From a virus (lineage: Duplodnaviria; Caudoviricetes): a stretch of 58,143 nucleotides of DNA. Numbering within the stretch: position 1 is the stretch's first letter; every line of letters begins with the position of its first letter. Made by a program: the position numbers and the translations under genes. The DNA is taken from the IMG/VR virus record IMGVR_UViG_3300014656_000033, positions 1-58,143 of that record; one strand, written 5' to 3'. The notes beneath the pieces are model-generated. The model made no database searches and was not told where the DNA came from. It saw only the letters and a list, made by a program, of their open reading frames with translations. Below are positions 54,561-58,143 of the stretch, one piece after another.

Positions 54561-54746
54561 ATGAAAAAGAAAATCAAGGCGGCAATAGAAAAGCTGCAAT
54601 CTCGAAAAGATGAATTAGCCAATAGCGACAATCCACAAGTTAAAGAAATATGTGCATATCTGCGCGGCAAAATTGACGGATTAGAAGCTGTTCTGGATGC
54701 CCTGTACGGCAATAACGTGTTGCTAAATATCATGGCCGAAAAATAA
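54561..54746 (+). CDS. small helical protein downstream of the ribozyme
   Basis: SD GAGGAGG lies within the hammerhead core; MKKKIKAAIEKL. Confidence 0.75.
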   Translation: MKKKIKAAIEKLQSRKDELANSDNPQVKEICAYLRGKIDGLEAVLDALYGNNVLLNIMAEK

Positions 54747-54758
54747 CAGGAGGCAGAC

Positions 54759-54935
54759 ATGGAAACAGAATACACATGGAAAATGAATACCTATGAAGAA
54801 CATGATGAGGCTTACATCTTCAAGAGCAACGCCGTCGGCGTCCTTGAATATTCAACGACGGTTCCTTACGGCGACGAAATTTCCCGCAAGGCCGCTGCCG
54901 TGATGTTTGAGGCGCTGAAAGCGGCGGGAGTATAA
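54759..54935 (+). CDS. 58-aa hypothetical protein
   Basis: AGGAGG RBS; METEYTW... Confidence 0.6.
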   Translation: METEYTWKMNTYEEHDEAYIFKSNAVGVLEYSTTVPYGDEISRKAAAVMFEALKAAGV

Positions 54936-54936
54936 C

Positions 54937-55137
54937 ATGAACCTTTTGAAAAAGATAGAACATCTATATAAAAATGGCACCGTTCAGCATGCCGGTTACG
55001 TCGGCGTAAATTCAGACATTATGCTGTTATCGGCAAAAGGCAAGGGCGGCGGTTTTCTGGTGATTTTCATTCACCCAAATGACGTTGTGGAAGTTCGGCG
55101 CTCGCGCTTTAATGGCAAGCTGATATTTCAAGGATAA
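54937..55137 (+). CDS. hypothetical protein
   Basis: Directly follows the preceding stop. Confidence 0.55.
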   Translation: MNLLKKIEHLYKNGTVQHAGYVGVNSDIMLLSAKGKGGGFLVIFIHPNDVVEVRRSRFNGKLIFQG

Positions 55138-55177
55138 CGTCGCGGACGCGGCAAGGCGTCGGGCGAGGAGGCGGAAA

Positions 55178-55345
55178 ATGGTAAAATTTTCAACCCGTGA
55201 AAACTGTAAAAATTCGGCCCATACAGAATTCAAAAGCACTCACGTTGGAAACGACGACAGAAATGGACGTCATGGGAAGTTAGTACGGTTTTGCCCCGAA
55301 TGCGGCTCTATAGAAGTTCCGCAAAAGGACACGGTGCAAAAATGA
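55178..55345 (+). CDS. small zinc-ribbon protein
   Basis: GAGGAGG RBS; FCPECGS. Confidence 0.55.
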   Translation: MVKFSTRENCKNSAHTEFKSTHVGNDDRNGRHGKLVRFCPECGSIEVPQKDTVQK

Positions 55346-55539
55346 ATAAAAATAACAAAGAACTCATCGACGCTTTAGGAAAATACATCGCCGATTTCAC
55401 TGGCTCATGCCCACTCGATATGCACGACTGGAAAAGCTGCCCGGCGGTAATCTACGACGAACCCGACGAATGCGAAAAGAAATACCCCATTTATAAATGC
55501 TGGATAGATTACATAAAAGAAGGAGAAACCGCCCAATGA
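55342..55539 (+). CDS. Cys-rich hypothetical protein
   Basis: ATGA coupling; CP...C...C...CW. Confidence 0.6.
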   Translation: MNKNNKELIDALGKYIADFTGSCPLDMHDWKSCPAVIYDEPDECEKKYPIYKCWIDYIKEGETAQ

Positions 55540-55694
55540 AAACCCAGAACAACAACCTCAACATCCGCATGTCCGATGAGCTTATGAATCAGCTTTACGC
55601 CGCCGCCGAACACGCCGACATTCCGTATTCCCGTTTCGTGCGGGACGCCATCGAGGAAAAAATTCAACGCGAAGGTATTGACAAACCACGGTAA
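55536..55694 (+). CDS. ribbon-helix-helix (Arc/CopG-like) regulator
   Basis: LNIRMSDEL...L...A....SRFVRDAIEEKI. Confidence 0.8.
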   Translation: MKTQNNNLNIRMSDELMNQLYAAAEHADIPYSRFVRDAIEEKIQREGIDKPR

Positions 55695-55707
55695 TTGTAA
55701 TTAAAAT
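55678..55707 (+). promoter_or_regulatory. sigma70-type promoter
   Basis: TTGACA-18-TAAAAT. Confidence 0.65.
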
Positions 55708-55726
55708 CATGTCTGAGGAGGCAAAC

Positions 55727-56032
55727 ATGACAGCAAGGATTTCACACCTACAGAATTTTGAACCGCTCGCGGTAGAACCGCCCCACAATATCGGCGGTTA
55801 TGCCCGATGTCCGCGCTGCCGACACACCCTACACGCCGAGCCGGACGAGCCGAATGTCGCGGTTTGTATCTGCGGCTACCGATTTGCGCGGGATGCGGCT
55901 CCGCTGAACTGGCAGACCTTCCATCCCCGCTATAATATCGACTGGGCCGAGGTCAAGGGGGCGACAGGTATTTTTACACGCCGCCGCCCAGCGTGCACAA
56001 ACCAACATCGAGGCGGCGATTGCGGAATTTGA
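55727..56032 (+). CDS. zinc-finger protein
   Basis: CPRC...CICG; GAGGAGG RBS. Confidence 0.65.
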   Translation: MTARISHLQNFEPLAVEPPHNIGGYARCPRCRHTLHAEPDEPNVAVCICGYRFARDAAPLNWQTFHPRYNIDWAEVKGATGIFTRRRPACTNQHRGGDCGI

Positions 56033-56065
56033 AGCTATCGCCGGGAATAGGAAGGGGACAACGGA

Positions 56066-56368
56066 ATGATGCGGCTATCGGGAATGCCATCGCCGTCAAA
56101 CTATTTTAGCGGAAGTTGCGTTTGCGGCAATGAACCATGTTCGTGCAACGAAACAATCACTACGCCCGCGCCGAATCTGTCACTCGACGAAGATAATAGA
56201 TTGGGCTCTGCCAGCGATGGCGCGTTCATAGCTTTCGGGCGGCAACTTCGCCGGGAAATTGAGGCGGACAGGCGGCGTGAACGAAAAGCCGCTGACGGCA
56301 TCAAATTAAAACCGTGGTGTTTTAAATGCTGTTCGCGTGACTGCGGATGCAACGGAGGCTCGAAATGA
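56066..56368 (+). CDS. Cys-rich hypothetical protein
   Basis: CVCGNEPCSC, CFKCCSRDCGC. Confidence 0.55.
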   Translation: MMRLSGMPSPSNYFSGSCVCGNEPCSCNETITTPAPNLSLDEDNRLGSASDGAFIAFGRQLRREIEADRRRERKAADGIKLKPWCFKCCSRDCGCNGGSK

Positions 56369-56525
56369 CAACGTGGAATCTGCTTTTGGTGTTGTTCGCC
56401 GCCGTCGGATTCTGGCGGTTGGGGATATATTTAGTGTTCGATGAATAAAAACGAAGGAGGTATCAACTGCTAACGAATCTCCGACAAAATCAGTTAAAAA
56501 CGATTAAAAACAATGGATATTAAGG

Positions 56526-57104
56526 ATGGATTTTGGCATGAAAAAACATATTGTTTATGCAAGAACCGTATTTAGGCACAAGTGGTTCGTAATGATAGAA
56601 TGTTTCAAAGAGGGGTTATATTGGCAGGGTATAATTCACGATTGGAGTAAATTTATTCCTTGGGTTTGGGTTGCATACGCCAACGTGTTCGGGGTTAAGG
56701 GAAAGTCGCCCCGCGATAAAACAGGAGCATATAACCCCACAAAAGTATCAGATGAATTTGACAAAGCGTGGTGTGTCCACCAGAAGGAAAAACACCACTG
56801 GCAATCATGGATTTTGCTTGGAGACGTTGGCTCGGTAAAAGTTCTTCGTATGCCGCGCAAGTATGCGATTGAAATGATTTGCGATTGGCGTGGGGCAGGA
56901 CGTGCATATTCTGGTGAATCTAATCCTCTTAAATGGTATCAGGCCAACAGAGACAAAATGAATTTGCATCCAGATACGGCTCGTTTCGTGGATGTCACTA
57001 TATATGGAGAGAAATATTTTGAATTAGATTGTATTTGCGGGGCGGGCAATGATGCGTCTTTTCATCCAATGGAGTGCAGGAGTTACAAAGAATATAGATA
57101 TTGA
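56526..57104 (+). CDS. DUF5662-like HD-type protein
   Basis: HKW.V, HDWSK, HHWQ, MP..Y..EMICDW. Confidence 0.85.
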   Translation: MDFGMKKHIVYARTVFRHKWFVMIECFKEGLYWQGIIHDWSKFIPWVWVAYANVFGVKGKSPRDKTGAYNPTKVSDEFDKAWCVHQKEKHHWQSWILLGDVGSVKVLRMPRKYAIEMICDWRGAGRAYSGESNPLKWYQANRDKMNLHPDTARFVDVTIYGEKYFELDCICGAGNDASFHPMECRSYKEYRY

Positions 57105-57136
57105 TTTTGGTGGAATTTAATAAGGAGGCAAACAGA

Positions 57137-57781
57137 ATGAAAATTACAGTCACAGCACGAGAGTTGCGGCCTACCGTTCAATACGGCAACCGCGAGGTGT
57201 TTATGGAAATGGAGCACGAATTTAACGGCGCTGACCCCAAGAGGCGCAAAGCCGTAGAGGATGTTATGCACCTGACATGCCGCGAGGCCGTTCAGAAATC
57301 GCTGGATGAATGGTTCGCAAAACACCCGCACGAAGACAAGCCGACGGCGGAACAGAAGTCAACACCACAATCCCGGCCTCCAGCACAAGCGCCACGCGCC
57401 GCCGCGCCCGCGCAGGAACGCGAACCGGGCGACGTGCTGATGTGTCCTGATTGCGGGATGGAAAAAGAAGATTGTCTGTGCGGTGAAGACCCGTTTGCTG
57501 GCGAAGGCGCGTCGGGTCAGGATGTCGAAGCCCCCGCCTTGCCGGAAGGCGTAGAGCGCGAGGTCGTAAAATGCGTCAATGCCAAGAGAAAAGATCGCAC
57601 CCCGTACATGACAAACCCAAGGGATGATAGCGACCCGAAACCGTATCATTATTGTAAAACGGAAAGCGGTAAGGGGTTTTGTGATTTTACAACATACATC
57701 CAAGAGGGCGACACGGTGCTGTTGCAAAAGCGCGGGAAATTCTGGAACGTCTACGACCCCAACAAGGGGGCGTTGAAATGA
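57137..57781 (+). CDS. hypothetical protein with Pro-rich linker and Cys cluster
   Basis: AAGGAGG RBS before ATG 57137; CPDC..CLC. Confidence 0.65.
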   Translation: MKITVTARELRPTVQYGNREVFMEMEHEFNGADPKRRKAVEDVMHLTCREAVQKSLDEWFAKHPHEDKPTAEQKSTPQSRPPAQAPRAAAPAQEREPGDVLMCPDCGMEKEDCLCGEDPFAGEGASGQDVEAPALPEGVEREVVKCVNAKRKDRTPYMTNPRDDSDPKPYHYCKTESGKGFCDFTTYIQEGDTVLLQKRGKFWNVYDPNKGALK

Positions 57782-58143
57782 AAAAACAATTCACAATCGA
57801 CAACATCGCCGCGCTTGCACCATGCAGCAACTACACAGACAATGACAACGCACTGCTCAAGGAGCTATTTGCGGGGCGCGATGCGGTTACAGCTCTCGGC
57901 ATAGCGGAAGCTCCGATCCCGCCAGAGGATATTATCTGGTTGTTATTGCGTCCTGACTTTATGGGGTTATGGCAATTTCGGTGCTGTGTCGCGGATATAG
58001 CCGCCAGCGTGGAACTCATCTATCGCGAATGCCACCCAAGGGATAATCGCGTTGCCGATAGTATTCAGGCAATATACGATTTTGCCGATGGAAAAATAAC
58101 GATAGAAGCACTCGACGCCGCAGGGGACGCACGGGCAGCCGCA
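57778..58143 (+). CDS. N-terminal part of Imm5-like Ala-repeat protein (runs off the window end)
   Basis: MKKQFT...IIWLL...ADIAASV..IY...HPRDNRV..SIQA..DFADGKI...AAGDARAAA. Confidence 0.75.
   Translation, partial: MKKQFTIDNIAALAPCSNYTDNDNALLKELFAGRDAVTALGIAEAPIPPEDIIWLLLRPDFMGLWQFRCCVADIAASVELIYRECHPRDNRVADSIQAIYDFADGKITIEALDAAGDARAAA

Noticed and set aside
55713-55726. Second hammerhead at CTGAGGAGGC
   Set aside because: No upstream GAAA, stem III or stem I; it lies directly after a promoter
1-58143. Diversity-generating retroelement or retron
   Set aside because: No reverse transcriptase motif (YxDD in RT context) and no TR/VR pair differing at adenines was seen; checked by eye only
1-58143. 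Stop-codon reassignment
   Set aside because: Core genes are full length in code 11, and TAA, TAG and TGA all terminate genes

Overview
The window looks like a near-complete, probably circular, ~58 kb genome of a tailed phage (Caudoviricetes, siphovirus-like) with a bacterial host: it has a peptidase M15 endolysin and sigma70-type promoters. Both ends fall inside the same Ala-rich repeat gene. A long minus-strand arm (54.2 kb down to 3.3 kb) carries, in order: replication initiator, nucleotide/DNA-modification genes, terminase, a Mu-like portal/protease with a lambda-E-like capsid, glycosyltransferases, tail, lysis genes, and a terminal cluster (tubulin/FtsZ homologue, Nmad1-like protein, metallophosphoesterase). 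A short plus-strand early arm (54.3 kb to the end, continuing at 1-3.2 kb) holds small accessory genes. I recognised no integrase, CI-type repressor, DNA polymerase, reverse transcriptase or CRISPR array. The most unusual elements are: (1) an FtsZ/tubulin-family gene right after the endolysin whose T7-loop catalytic Asp appears replaced by Asn; (2) a textbook type II hammerhead ribozyme whose core forms the Shine-Dalgarno of an early gene; (3) a ~530 nt structured non-coding region starting with a tRNA-like element; (4) three promoter-leader-terminator attenuators; (5) a GT9-GT4 plus Maf-like/methyltransferase pair directly after the capsid gene; (6) a phased CCGG iteron array inside the initiator gene. 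All family calls come from motif recognition by eye, not database searches.
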